A DNA stretch of 64,000 bases from an uncultured Verrucomicrobiae bacterium (GCA_963756875.1 CAVWPA010000001.1:480001-544000); one strand, 5' to 3'; counted from the first letter of the stretch, positions 9,783-20,212 are shown. The notes: a model not told the origin generated them from the sequence alone. Numbers and translations: made by a program.

Positions 9783-10709
9783 ATGCAAAAGAAGATCGGT
9801 CTGCTCTTTGCCGGGCAAGGTGCGCAAGTTGTCGGGATGGGAAAGGAGTTGGCGGAAGAGTTTCCTGTCGCCGCGGAATTGTTCAGGCAGGCGGATGAAA
9901 TTCTCGGCCGGAAGCTGAGCGAGATCGCATGGAATGGGCCGATTGAGGAGCTAACCAAGACCTCGAACTGTCAGCCGGCATTGTTCGTACACGGCCTTGC
10001 TGGTCTTGCGGTCTTGCGCGAGCTGGCGGGTGAATTCCCTATTGCCGGCGGGGCGGGCCTGTCGTTGGGCGAAATGACGGCGCATGCCGCGGCTGGAACG
10101 TTTGATTTTGCAAACGGACTGACGCTTGTGCAAAAGCGCGGCCAATTCATGGATGAAGCCTGCGAGAAAACTTCGGGAGCCATGGCTGCGATGATCGGGG
10201 CTGATGAAAGCGCCGTACGGGCGCTGGCCGCGGATGCGGACGTCGATGTGGCAAACATCAACGCACCGGGACAGATCGTGATTTCAGGGGAACGGGCAAA
10301 AGTGGAGATTGCTGTCGGTCTCGCCAGGGAACACGGGATTCGACGCGCGACTTTATTGAATGTGGCGGGCGCTTATCATTCGCGTTTGATGGAGAGCGCG
10401 TACGGAAAATTGGGCGAAGCACTTCGCGAAGTGCCGTTGCAGACCCCGCGATTCCCAGTTGTCAGCAATGTCACCGGCCGCGAAGTAAAAACGCCCGAGG
10501 AAATCCGGAGAACGTTGCAAGATCAAGTGACAGGCACGGTGCGTTGGACTGATTGCATGGAGCGATTGATCGCTCTCGGTTGCGACTTCTTCGTCGAGCT
10601 CGGGCCTGGTGGCGTGCTGGGTAGCTTATTGAAACGCATTCGAAAAGATGCCGATATTGCCTCGGTGAGCGACCCCGGGTCGGTCCGCGACTGTATCGAA
10701 CGGATTTAG
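9783..10709 (+). CDS. fabD: Malonyl CoA-ACP transacylase
   Basis: FAGQGAQ, GLSLGE, VAGAYHS, ELGPG. Confidence 0.95.
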   Translation: MQKKIGLLFAGQGAQVVGMGKELAEEFPVAAELFRQADEILGRKLSEIAWNGPIEELTKTSNCQPALFVHGLAGLAVLRELAGEFPIAGGAGLSLGEMTAHAAAGTFDFANGLTLVQKRGQFMDEACEKTSGAMAAMIGADESAVRALAADADVDVANINAPGQIVISGERAKVEIAVGLAREHGIRRATLLNVAGAYHSRLMESAYGKLGEALREVPLQTPRFPVVSNVTGREVKTPEEIRRTLQDQVTGTVRWTDCMERLIALGCDFFVELGPGGVLGSLLKRIRKDADIASVSDPGSVRDCIERI

Positions 10710-10767
10710 CATGCTACGAAATCCGACAGGTAATTCAGGTTGGTGACCGGGAGGTCCCGTTTTCCTT

Positions 10768-12555
10768 GTGCGAGTGGCGCCTCTCACGACCCAGGTTTCA
10801 GATCCGGAATCTTCTGCTGCATTCTGGCGTTGCTCGCCGCTCTTGCGACGTGGCCGCGATTACTTCGGCGTGCCGGGGTCGTTGGAGTTCGTCCTCGCGA
10901 TGACGCTCCTCCTGTTCCTGATCGCGATAAAGATTCTGAACCTTTTTCATCAACGCTTCGACAGCGATGAACCGCAGCATCTTCACGTCATTTGGGGCTG
11001 GACGCAGGGACTCGTCCAATACCGGGACACCTTCGATAACCATATGCCGCTGTTTCAGATCATGCTGGCCCCGATCGTTGGATTGATTGGTGAACGGGCG
11101 ACGATTCTCTACTGGGCGCGGTTCCTCGTCTTTCCGATGTATCTCGTCGCGGCCTGGTGCACTTACCAGATTGGGACTGTGCTTTTTTCCCGGCGCGTGG
11201 GCCTTTGGTCGTTTATCGCGGTGGGCTGCTATCCAGCTTATTACTCCGTTACGTCGGAGTTTCGTACCGATAATCTCTGGGCACCTCTCTGGTTGCTGTG
11301 TGTGCTGGTCCTGATCCGTGGCGCAATGAACGTGCGCCGCGCACTCGTCGCGGGTCTTCTTCTGGGGTTGTGCTTCGGCGTTTCCATGAAATCGACAGTT
11401 TTCCTGCTGGCATTGCTTGTGAGCGTTCCTTTGGCACTTATTTTGGTCGGCCCCAGGAGATTGAATGTGTCCGGAAGTTATCTTGCCCGGTGCGCCGCGG
11501 TGTTTCTTGCCGCGACTGTTCTGATTCCCGCGGTGATTGCCGCCTTCTTCGCGCTCAAAGGAGTTTGGCGCGATTTTTGGTACGGCGTTTTTGGACACCA
11601 GCTGACCTCGAGTCTTTACGAGAAGAAACAGATCGTGTTTTTGATCCTCTCCCTGGTTCTGTTCCCCGCGGTTGCTTATGCAGCGCGCCGGGTGGCCATG
11701 GCCACCTCGGATCCTCATCTCGCTTTTCGTCGCGGGTTTATCTTACTGGTCGCTTCTTCTTATTTTCTGATTCTAAGAGGCTTCTGGCCCGTACTCTCCC
11801 ATGACGACTATCCGCCACTCCATCCGCTGGTCTTTGTCCTGTTGGTCGGTTCTTTGTTTGCCTTTTCCGACAAGCTGCTCCGCTCCGGTTGGCGCGTCGG
11901 GAGAATGTTTCGGTCAGTGCCGGCGGCCGGATTCATCGTAGTCGCGGAGTTGCTGCTCCTGATAGGGATGCGGCCGTTCTGGGTCGACAAAACCCGGGAT
12001 GAAATCAATCTGGTTCGCGACGTCCTCGTGTTGACGACACCTCGCGATTACGTTTTCGATTGCAAAGGAGAAACAATTTTCCGCCAGCGATGTTTTCGTC
12101 CCGTTCTGGAAACGATCACCATAAAGCGCATCCAGCACGGACTCATGCCGGATACCATTGCGCAGGATTGCATCAGAACCGGCACCTGCGTGGCTGCGAT
12201 ACTGAAGACAGAGACCTACAGATTACCGACTGGTGCGCTCCAATTCATAAAGCGAAATTATTTACCTGTGGCGGATAACCTGCGCGTCGCCGGTATGGTA
12301 CTGACACCATCAACGAATAATCCGCGCCGGTGCGATTTCGAGGTGGTCATTCCTGCCAGCTACGAGATCATTTCCCAGGGCCAGGCTGTGTCGGGAACGC
12401 TGGATGGCTCTCCATACAACGGCGCACGATTTCTGCCCGCGGGTCCGCACATGCTTGAGACAAACATGGGAGCGAACGATCTCGTTCTCTTATGGGCGCA
12501 GGCAGTCGATCGGCACTTCACGTCATTTTACCGTCATACTTTGTCTGACAGGTAA
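10768..12555 (+). CDS. Polytopic membrane protein, GT-C (ArnT/PMT-like) glycosyltransferase
   Basis: DSDEPQHLH..YRDTFDNHMPL and many TM segments; start uncertain (could be 10900). Confidence 0.65.
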   Translation: MRVAPLTTQVSDPESSAAFWRCSPLLRRGRDYFGVPGSLEFVLAMTLLLFLIAIKILNLFHQRFDSDEPQHLHVIWGWTQGLVQYRDTFDNHMPLFQIMLAPIVGLIGERATILYWARFLVFPMYLVAAWCTYQIGTVLFSRRVGLWSFIAVGCYPAYYSVTSEFRTDNLWAPLWLLCVLVLIRGAMNVRRALVAGLLLGLCFGVSMKSTVFLLALLVSVPLALILVGPRRLNVSGSYLARCAAVFLAATVLIPAVIAAFFALKGVWRDFWYGVFGHQLTSSLYEKKQIVFLILSLVLFPAVAYAARRVAMATSDPHLAFRRGFILLVASSYFLILRGFWPVLSHDDYPPLHPLVFVLLVGSLFAFSDKLLRSGWRVGRMFRSVPAAGFIVVAELLLLIGMRPFWVDKTRDEINLVRDVLVLTTPRDYVFDCKGETIFRQRCFRPVLETITIKRIQHGLMPDTIAQDCIRTGTCVAAILKTETYRLPTGALQFIKRNYLPVADNLRVAGMVLTPSTNNPRRCDFEVVIPASYEIISQGQAVSGTLDGSPYNGARFLPAGPHMLETNMGANDLVLLWAQAVDRHFTSFYRHTLSDR

Positions 12556-12617
12556 TTGTGTTGCCGCCCGTCCTTGTTTCCATCTATTAACGGGAGTTGC
12601 GGCGTATAAAACTTACG

Positions 12618-13721
12618 ATGTTTCAATCAACCTCGAGATTACTGCTGGTTGCGCCGCACCCGGATGACGAAGCGCTTGCTTGCAGCGTCGTTTTGCAACA
12701 GGCGGTTCGGGCCGGAGCTGCTGTGTGCGTGGTTTATGCCACGGACGGAGACGACAATCCCTGGCCACAGCGGGTTTTGGAACGCAAGTGGCGATTGAAT
12801 TCAGTTGACCGCAGGCGATGGGGAAGGCTGCGGCGTGCAGAGGCGCTCGCGGCGCTGCGCGTCCTCGGCGTGGATCCATCAACGACTTGCTTTCTCGGCC
12901 TGCCGGACCAAAAACTGACAGCTTTGCTGGTGCGAGATTGCGAATCGGTTCTTCAGAGGCTTTCGGAAATCATCGGCGAATTTGGTCCCACCCATCTTCT
13001 CGTTCCTTCGATTTCCGATACGCATCCCGATCACAGCGCCTTGGCGGTGATGCTTCGGCTGGTTTTGGGCGAGCTCTTTTCAGACGAAGCGGTCATGTCC
13101 ATATGGAGCTATGCCGTGCACGGCACAAGTTCCGCGTTCCTCGATCGCGCGCATGCGGTTCGACAATCAGACGTTGAAACAGCGACCAAGATTCGGGCGA
13201 TTCGTTGTCATAAAACCCAGATCAAGTTATCGAACAAACGCTTCCTTGGTTATGCCGCGCGGCCTGAGCGCCTGGTGAAGTTAGGCAGATTGGAAGCGAT
13301 CGTGTCCGATGGTTGCATTCGCTCACTCTCCAGGCAATCGCACATTCTTCGCCTGACCCTTCGGCTTTCCGTGAAGCCGACTGCGACGGAGCCGGAGCTT
13401 CTTGTTCTGGGCCACGATGAAAGCGGCGCGTTGCGTTGTGCCACGCTGCAACTGCCCGCGCGGCCTTCGCGTGTTGAAATGCGGGATTGCATTACTGGAA
13501 CGCGGCTCGGGATTGCGCGATATCGCGGAAACGCGTTCGCCGCCGAACTCTCAATTCCTGTCGAAATCTTTTCACCTGCTCGCGAGCTTTTCGTTAAACT
13601 CAAGCGACGCGCTTGGTTCTTTGACGAGGCCGGTTGGCTGGAAGTTCCGGCGGCTCGCGTCGAACGGGTCGCCACGCCGAGACGCGGTCTGGTCGAAGAA
13701 AGCCCGCTGGTTCTTCGTTAG
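12618..13721 (+). CDS. PIG-L/LmbE family deacetylase
   Basis: APHPDDE, RRAEA, DTHPDH, HKTQ. Confidence 0.88.
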   Translation: MFQSTSRLLLVAPHPDDEALACSVVLQQAVRAGAAVCVVYATDGDDNPWPQRVLERKWRLNSVDRRRWGRLRRAEALAALRVLGVDPSTTCFLGLPDQKLTALLVRDCESVLQRLSEIIGEFGPTHLLVPSISDTHPDHSALAVMLRLVLGELFSDEAVMSIWSYAVHGTSSAFLDRAHAVRQSDVETATKIRAIRCHKTQIKLSNKRFLGYAARPERLVKLGRLEAIVSDGCIRSLSRQSHILRLTLRLSVKPTATEPELLVLGHDESGALRCATLQLPARPSRVEMRDCITGTRLGIARYRGNAFAAELSIPVEIFSPARELFVKLKRRAWFFDEAGWLEVPAARVERVATPRRGLVEESPLVLR

Positions 13722-13848
13722 GCTGTAGCCGTTCGCTCTGCGAAGCGTTGCGCCAATGTATTTGGGCAGCCGCCAGTGTAGTGTTGTGTTGCGGCGAGGC
13801 GATGCCTGCAATATCGACAACCGCATTCGGACGTTTTAACTTCTGCGC

Positions 13849-14301
13849 GTGAATCTTTCCCAACGTATTGATGAAGACCTGAAGGAGGCGATGCGTGCGA
13901 AAAACGCGATCAAACTCGGCGTTCTCCGCATGCTCAAATCGGCGCTCAAATATGCGGCGATCGAAAAATCGGGCAGCGAAGCCGATCTGAACGACGCCGA
14001 AGCCACGCAAGTCCTCCGCAAACAGGCGAAGCAACGCCAGGATTCGATCGAAAGCTTCGAGAAAGGCGGTCGCGCCGAACTGGCGGCAAAGGAAAAGGAA
14101 GAACTCTCGATCTTGCAGTCGTATTTGCCGCAGGCGATGAGCGCGGAAGAGCTCGCGAAGGTTGTCCGCGAAACCATTGCCGAAACCAGCGCTACTTCAA
14201 AAGCGCAAATGGGTGCGGTCATGAAAGCATTGCAGACAAAAGTTGCCGGCCGCGCCGATGGCAAGACGCTGAGCGCGGAAGTACAGAAACAGCTGCAATG
14301 A
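13849..14301 (+). CDS. yqeY: GatB/YqeY domain protein
   Basis: DLKEAMRAK, KQRQDSIESF, YLPQ, MGAVMK, GRADGK. Confidence 0.92.
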   Translation: MNLSQRIDEDLKEAMRAKNAIKLGVLRMLKSALKYAAIEKSGSEADLNDAEATQVLRKQAKQRQDSIESFEKGGRAELAAKEKEELSILQSYLPQAMSAEELAKVVRETIAETSATSKAQMGAVMKALQTKVAGRADGKTLSAEVQKQLQ

Positions 14302-14407
14302 AGCAAAGGCCGAACGCCCAACGCCGAACGCCCAACGCCCAACTCAGACGATCCGGGTTCGAAATTGGACGTTGGACGTTGGACGTTCGGCGTTTGCTTT
14401 GTTCCCC

Positions 14408-15094
14408 ATGCTAACTGCCATCCTCGTCGCCGCAGGCAGCAGTCGCCGCATGGGTTTCGACAAGCTCTTTTCTGTCATCGCCGGCAAGCCGGTAATCGCG
14501 CATACCATTGAGGCCTTCGAACGCACTCAGTCTGTAGGCGGTATCATCATCGTCGCGCGCGAAGATCGGCACGGCGAATTTGAGCAACTCGTGCGCGACC
14601 AGAAATGGCGAAAGATTGAAGCGCTGGTCGGCGGCGGCGAGCATCGTCATGATTCGGTACGCGCAGGCCTGAAACGACTGAACGCTGACGCGATGTATGT
14701 TGCTGTGCACGATGCCGCGCGTCCGCTGATTACGCCGGAACAAATCGAGCGCGTTTACGAGGCCAGCCGGAGTAGCGGCGCGGCGACACTTGCCGAGCCG
14801 GTAGCCGACACGCTCAAGCGCGCCGATGTAAATCTCGTGGTAAGCGGTTCGGTTGATCGACATCAGCTCTACGCGATGCAAACCCCGCAGATCTTCGAGC
14901 GCCAGTTACTCGAGAAGGCTTATCGCGCCGTCAGCGAGAAGAAGATTTCGGTTACCGATGAAGTCTCCGCGGTCGAGCTTCTGGATCACAAAATCGCCCT
15001 GGTCGTGAACGACGATTTCAATTTCAAGATCACCTACCCGCGCGACCTGGCATTGGCCGAATTTGTTCTTCGGCAAAGGACGGCCGGGGGATAA
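14408..15094 (+). CDS. ispD: 2-C-methyl-D-erythritol 4-phosphate cytidylyltransferase
   Basis: AAGSSRRMG, HDAARP, QTPQ, TDE, KITYPRD. Confidence 0.95.
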   Translation: MLTAILVAAGSSRRMGFDKLFSVIAGKPVIAHTIEAFERTQSVGGIIIVAREDRHGEFEQLVRDQKWRKIEALVGGGEHRHDSVRAGLKRLNADAMYVAVHDAARPLITPEQIERVYEASRSSGAATLAEPVADTLKRADVNLVVSGSVDRHQLYAMQTPQIFERQLLEKAYRAVSEKKISVTDEVSAVELLDHKIALVVNDDFNFKITYPRDLALAEFVLRQRTAGG

Positions 15095-15103
15095 AATTCC
15101 GAC

Positions 15104-17089
15104 GTGTCGGATCAAATCGACAAGCTGCTTCAACGCGCCGCCTCTGCCGGCCTCGCGGAATTAATGTCGATCTGGCGGTCGTGCGCTTCGGAGGAGGGAT
15201 CGCGTTCTCCAGAGTTGTTTCGGCGCCTGGGCGAACGCGTTCTCGCGCAGGGGGAACCGTTGCTGGCTTACGACATTGTAAGCGCTGGATTGGCAATCTG
15301 GCCGAAAGATACGCGCTTGCGAGAACTACAAGGCCTGGCCCTGGCACGCAGTGGAGCGGCAGAACGCGCGCACGCTATTCTCGAAGATTTGCGCAGGGAA
15401 GGACACGCGACCGAAGAAACGCTCGGAATGCTGGGACGCACTTACAAGGATCTGGCCGCGGCGGCCGCGCCGGACCGCCGCCAGGAGTACTTGAAACGGG
15501 CCGCCGAAACTTATGGAGAGGCCTACCGAACGACCGGCGGTTATTGGACCGGAATCAACGCCGCGACGACGAATTTGCTCGTCGGCGAAACGACCCGCGC
15601 GCGCGAGCTCGCCGGAAAGGTGCGCGATCAATGTCTGCCAGGGGTTAAAGAGCCGGGCGGCGATTTATATTGGAAGCTCGCGGCCCTTGGTGAAGTGGCC
15701 CTGATCTGCCGCGATCTGACGGAGGCGGGAGAATGGTATTCGCGCGCGGCCGGGGAGGGGAAGAACCGGTTTGGCGATCTCAACTCCAGCCGGCGCAATG
15801 CGCGGCTGATTCTGGAACATTGGAACGAGGACCCGGGTTGGATCGACAAATATCTGCGGGTTCCGAGCGTGATCGTTTTTGCAGGGCACATGATCGATCG
15901 GCCCGACAGAAAAACGCCGCGATTTCCAAAAGAACGCGAAAGCGTTGTCGCGGAAGAGATCCAACGGAGGATCGAAAAGTTGAAACCGGGCTTTGGCTTT
16001 GCGTCAGCCGCGTGCGGCTCGGATCTTTTATTTCTCGAGGCGATGCTGGACCGCGGCGCCGAAATCTCGGTGGTGCTGCCCTACAGCGAGGAAGAATTTA
16101 TTCGCGACAGCGTCGAGTTCATTCCTGATTCCAATTGGCGGGCGCGTTTCGATCGCGTTTTGACGCGAACCGCCCGCGTGGTCACGGCGTCGAATCAACG
16201 GCTTGATATCGGCGGCGTGTCCTACGAGTTCTGCAACCAAATGCTTTTGGGTCTTGCAACGATCCGCGCGCGTCAGCTCGATACGACGCTGGTGCCGATG
16301 GCGGTCTGGGACGGGATGTCCGGCGACGGTCCCGGCGGCACAGCGAGCGTGATCGAAACCTGGCAATCGTTGGGTTACGGTCCGGAGATTATCGGTCTTA
16401 AAAAAGTGGAGGGACGCGCGCCGTCGCGTCCCAAATCGAGGGCGCCGACAGCGCGGACGCCCTCCAAAGAATCTGGATTCCGCTCGCGCATCGTAGCGAT
16501 CCTTTTTGCCGACGCGGTCGGCTTCAGCAAACTGAGCGAACCGGAGGTGCCGCGGTTTGTGCAGCATTTTCTCGGTGGAATCGCGGCGTTAACCGAAAAA
16601 TTTCGCGAGAAGATCATCGCGAAAAATACCTGGGGTGACGGCCTCTATTTTGTGTTTTCCGACGTCGATTTCGCCGGCAAGTTCGCGCTCGAGCTGGCGG
16701 ATTCGATCGTCGCGACAAGATGGGAAGAGAAGGGGTTGCGCGCCGGGTTGAATCTGCGGATCGCGCTCCATGCCGGGCCGGTTTACGAATTTGACGATCC
16801 GATCACCGGGAACCGGAGCTACAGCGGCACGCACGTAAGCCGGGCGGCGCGGATCGAGCCGATCACTCCGCCGGGTCAGGTTTACGCGAGCGAAGCCTTC
16901 GCGGCCCTGGCCGCAGCCGAACACATGCACGCTTTCACCTGCGATTACGTTGGTCAGACGCCAATGGCCAAAGGCTACGGATCTTTCCCCACCTACCACG
17001 TGCGACAAAGTCCTTGGCGTCGAACATCCGAACACGCTCAGGACCCGTTACAATCTGGCCCGCACGCTGGCAGGCAAAGGCGACTATGA
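15104..17089 (+). CDS. TPR/DUF4071-like sensor + Rossmannoid domain + class III nucleotide cyclase
   Basis: EETLGMLGRTYKD / YWTGINAAT (DUF4071-like), FAGHMID..SAACGSDLLF, C-terminal ILFADAVGFS..WGDG..RIALHAGPV..RAARIEP. Confidence 0.8.
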   Translation: MSDQIDKLLQRAASAGLAELMSIWRSCASEEGSRSPELFRRLGERVLAQGEPLLAYDIVSAGLAIWPKDTRLRELQGLALARSGAAERAHAILEDLRREGHATEETLGMLGRTYKDLAAAAAPDRRQEYLKRAAETYGEAYRTTGGYWTGINAATTNLLVGETTRARELAGKVRDQCLPGVKEPGGDLYWKLAALGEVALICRDLTEAGEWYSRAAGEGKNRFGDLNSSRRNARLILEHWNEDPGWIDKYLRVPSVIVFAGHMIDRPDRKTPRFPKERESVVAEEIQRRIEKLKPGFGFASAACGSDLLFLEAMLDRGAEISVVLPYSEEEFIRDSVEFIPDSNWRARFDRVLTRTARVVTASNQRLDIGGVSYEFCNQMLLGLATIRARQLDTTLVPMAVWDGMSGDGPGGTASVIETWQSLGYGPEIIGLKKVEGRAPSRPKSRAPTARTPSKESGFRSRIVAILFADAVGFSKLSEPEVPRFVQHFLGGIAALTEKFREKIIAKNTWGDGLYFVFSDVDFAGKFALELADSIVATRWEEKGLRAGLNLRIALHAGPVYEFDDPITGNRSYSGTHVSRAARIEPITPPGQVYASEAFAALAAAEHMHAFTCDYVGQTPMAKGYGSFPTYHVRQSPWRRTSEHAQDPLQSGPHAGRQRRL

Positions 17090-17363
17090 CGCTGCGGAAG
17101 CGGAATTTCGCGACGTTCTCGCGCTCGACGAAAAGGTACTCGGGCCCGAGCACCCGGACACATTGCGAACATGTTTAAGGTTTGCCGATTGCCTTGCCCG
17201 TGCCGGAAAAATCGAAGAGGCCAGCAGCTTTGCGTCGCGTGCGCTGGAAGGCATGCAAAAAGTCTTTCGCCCGGGACATCCCACCACGCGGGAAGCTGAA
17301 AAGCTCCACGAAGACTTGGAAGCGAAGCGAGCATCGGGTCGACATGCACGATCGGGCGAATGA
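16950..17363 (+). CDS. Tetratricopeptide-repeat fragment (kinesin-light-chain-type TPR); possibly a pseudogene or frameshifted tail
   Basis: KVLGVEHPNTL, EKVLGPEHPDTL, KVFRPGHPTT repeats; weak TTG start inside the cyclase gene. Confidence 0.55.
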   Translation: MVRRQWPKATDLSPPTTCDKVLGVEHPNTLRTRYNLARTLAGKGDYDAAEAEFRDVLALDEKVLGPEHPDTLRTCLRFADCLARAGKIEEASSFASRALEGMQKVFRPGHPTTREAEKLHEDLEAKRASGRHARSGE

Positions 17364-17507
17364 GTTTGGCCAGGTGGATGTGTTCCGAACGCTTTCGGGG
17401 GCGTTACTGGTAATCTGGCTTCACCGCCTCATTTATCATCGAATTCGCCACGGAGCGAATCCGTCCGCAGACGGACAAGGGACTGCTCGATCCACCTGCA
17501 ATCGAGC

Positions 17508-18491
17508 TCAAACCAGCATCGGATCGATCGGCACGAGGGGGCGGATGAGTTCGACCAGCGCGGGCACGTCTTTCGCCTTAAAAGCGCGGCCGCGTCTTTT
17601 TAACTTTGTGGTTTCCAACTCGCTGACCCGAACAATTTTTGCGTGCTTCCAAGTCCAGGCGTCGGGGTTGTAGGGGCCGACGCGGCGGGGATCGGTCCAG
17701 GTGTGGATCGATAACAGCCGATCGTTGACCGCCGCGGCGATGTGCATCGGGCCGCTATCGACGCTAATGACAAAACGCGCCACCCGGATTAGGCGGATCA
17801 ATTGCAAAAGCGATGTCTGGTTTGTGAGCTCGACGCAGTTGTCAGCGACGTCCAGTTTGCGCTTCGATTGGCCGACGACAACGACCCGTGTCGGTGCGAA
17901 AGCGCGGCAGATCTCCTGGATCACTTTGTTCGACAGCGATTTGCCGTCGCCGCGCGCGAACGGATGTAACAGGATAAATGGGGGATACTCATCGAAACGG
18001 GGCAGGGCGTCGCCGGTTGGAAGCGGACACCGCAAAGCGTCGCCAATTTTCGCTCCCGCAAGTTCCGCGAGTTTGAGATAGCGTTCGACCGCGTGTTCGC
18101 GGCGATTGACTTTCGCGGTGCGACTGTAAAGGAGACGCGATCCTTCGCGAGCGTCGCTCATTCCGAAAACCTCCTTTGCGCCGCTGATTCTTGCGATCAA
18201 TCCGCTGCGTAGAAGGCCTTGAAAATCGAGCGCAAGATCGGGACGGATCTCCCGTGTCTTTTTTATCCACGGCCACAGGCTGCGCGGCGCGCCGAGACCG
18301 CGGAATTCACCGCGCGGGAAAATGTGAATATGATCGACATCGGGATTTCCGCGCAGGAGCGGTATGAATTCGGGATTAATGACCCATGTAATTCTGGCGC
18401 GTGGGTGTGCATCGCGAACCGCCGCCACCGCGGGCAGGGTATGGACGATGTCGCCGAGGGAGCTCGGTTTGATGATGAGAATGGAGTTCAC
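17508..18491 (-). CDS. Glycosyltransferase family 9 (LPS heptosyltransferase)
   Basis: IKPSSLGDIVH, DFQGLLRS, DSGPMHIAAA. Confidence 0.9.
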   Translation of the reverse strand: MNSILIIKPSSLGDIVHTLPAVAAVRDAHPRARITWVINPEFIPLLRGNPDVDHIHIFPRGEFRGLGAPRSLWPWIKKTREIRPDLALDFQGLLRSGLIARISGAKEVFGMSDAREGSRLLYSRTAKVNRREHAVERYLKLAELAGAKIGDALRCPLPTGDALPRFDEYPPFILLHPFARGDGKSLSNKVIQEICRAFAPTRVVVVGQSKRKLDVADNCVELTNQTSLLQLIRLIRVARFVISVDSGPMHIAAAVNDRLLSIHTWTDPRRVGPYNPDAWTWKHAKIVRVSELETTKLKRRGRAFKAKDVPALVELIRPLVPIDPMLV

Positions 18492-18598
18492 CGGAAAGTA
18501 GAAAGTAGAAGTTAGAAAGTAGAAAAGCGGAAGCCAGAAGCGGAAATCAAACCTTAAATCCGTTTTCCAATTTCTATTTTAGAATTTCTACTTTTGTC

Positions 18599-19321
18599 TC
18601 ATCTTCCGATCGCAAGCCGCTCCGCGAGCAACGGTGGCAATCCCGCTTTGACGATTTTCTTTTGCGCCGTGGCCAGGTCGTATTTCACCCGCCGCTGTTC
18701 GACCACGTTGCTGTCGATGTGATAAATGCAATAGGCGGCGTGCCAGTCGCCATCGCGCGGCTGGCCGACGCTGCCGGTGTTGATAAAGTATTTCTTGCTC
18801 GGCTCGATCCGGAGCCGCTCGATCTTTATTCGCTTTACGCCGTCGTCCCGGACAAACGCCATCGGCACGTGCGTATGGCCGAAAAAACAAACGGTGGTGT
18901 GCTGATAGGTGAAACTGGCAGCGGCATCGAGATTATTGAAGACGTATCCCCATTGCTCCGGTGTATCGAGGGTAGCGTGGACGATTGTGAAATCGCGCAC
19001 CTGCCGTTGCAAACGCAGTTCGCGCAGCCATTTCTTGTCCTCTTCTGTCAAATTATCGCGCGTCCATTCGATCGCCTGTTCGGCCATTTCGTTGAAATCG
19101 CGCGACGACTCAACCAGCGACGCCTGCTCGTCGTGGTTGCCTTTCACGATTGGGCAATCCATTTCGCGGACGCGCTCGGCGCACTCGTGCGGATTGGCGT
19201 TGTAACCGACCACATCGCCAAGACAAACAAAGTGGGTGCATTTTTGCTCCCGCGCGTCTGCCAGCACGGCGTCAAGCGCCTCGAGATTGGAATGAATGTC
19301 ACTAAAAACCGCGAATCGCAT
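18599..19321 (-). CDS. Metallophosphoesterase (calcineurin-like)
   Basis: SDIHSN, LGDVVGY, GNHD, GHTH, NTGSVGQPRD. Confidence 0.92.
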   Translation of the reverse strand: MRFAVFSDIHSNLEALDAVLADAREQKCTHFVCLGDVVGYNANPHECAERVREMDCPIVKGNHDEQASLVESSRDFNEMAEQAIEWTRDNLTEEDKKWLRELRLQRQVRDFTIVHATLDTPEQWGYVFNNLDAAASFTYQHTTVCFFGHTHVPMAFVRDDGVKRIKIERLRIEPSKKYFINTGSVGQPRDGDWHAAYCIYHIDSNVVEQRRVKYDLATAQKKIVKAGLPPLLAERLAIGR

Positions 19322-19423
19322 GGCTTAAGAGTTAAAACAGTTACAAAAGTTACAAAGTTAAAACGAAATAGGAGGCACGCTTCAACCTTTAAACAATGTA
19401 ACGCTTGTAACGATGTAACTCTT

Positions 19424-20212
19424 TTAACGTCCGCTGTCGCGAATGCGTTGCCCTTGGGGGATGTCCAGTTTCTGTTCGAGAAACTTCAGCCGTTTGATCA
19501 AGGTGGGCAGCCGCTCCTTTTCGCCCATTTCGTAAAGTTGATGCAACCGTTCATACGCCTCGCGCTCGTGGCCTGGACAATAAGAGAGCTCATAAGCGGC
19601 AAATCTTTTGTCGTAACTGGGCGCGCCCGGTAATGCCGCTGCTTTGGCATAATATTCCGAAGCCCGTTCGGGGTCCTTGTATTTCTGTTGGTACAGCCGG
19701 GCAAGCGACTCATAAAGCTGCGGCTTGTCCGGGTTGTTTTTGATTCCGCGTTCCAGAAAATCCTTTGCCATGGCAAAGGATTGGCGCTGCGCTTTGATTC
19801 GCAAAGCAAGGCGCGGTTGCGTCGGATCGTTCAATGCGGCGACGCTTGCGTTCCATCCCATGTGCCAGGCAGCCATGTCCCAAAAGAGGACTGAGCGCGG
19901 TTGCAACGTTGTGACCTGGCGGAACAAGAGAAGAACGCGGCCCCATTCCGTTCGTTCCCACGCCACGTGCGCTTCGATGAAGAGAGCGTCGGCGACGATT
20001 GCCCGGAATCCGCTCAACGCCGCGACGAAACTGAGCTGCCCGATTTGTTCGCGCAAACTGAGATTTAATTCGACTTTGCGGAAATGGAGTTGCTGCCGTT
20101 GCCGGAAGAGCGCGCGCTCGGCCGGGAGTTTGATCGCTCCGAAGAGAAAGATCGCCCCGACCACAAGCACCAGTTTTCGGAGGGCCACGGTCTGGAAGGC
20201 AAGGCGCATCAT
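19424..20212 (-). CDS. Conserved hypothetical TPR-like protein in an ABC operon
   Basis: Long ORF translationally coupled to the permease; N-terminal TM and helical repeats. Confidence 0.65.
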   Translation of the reverse strand: MMRLAFQTVALRKLVLVVGAIFLFGAIKLPAERALFRQRQQLHFRKVELNLSLREQIGQLSFVAALSGFRAIVADALFIEAHVAWERTEWGRVLLLFRQVTTLQPRSVLFWDMAAWHMGWNASVAALNDPTQPRLALRIKAQRQSFAMAKDFLERGIKNNPDKPQLYESLARLYQQKYKDPERASEYYAKAAALPGAPSYDKRFAAYELSYCPGHEREAYERLHQLYEMGEKERLPTLIKRLKFLEQKLDIPQGQRIRDSGR

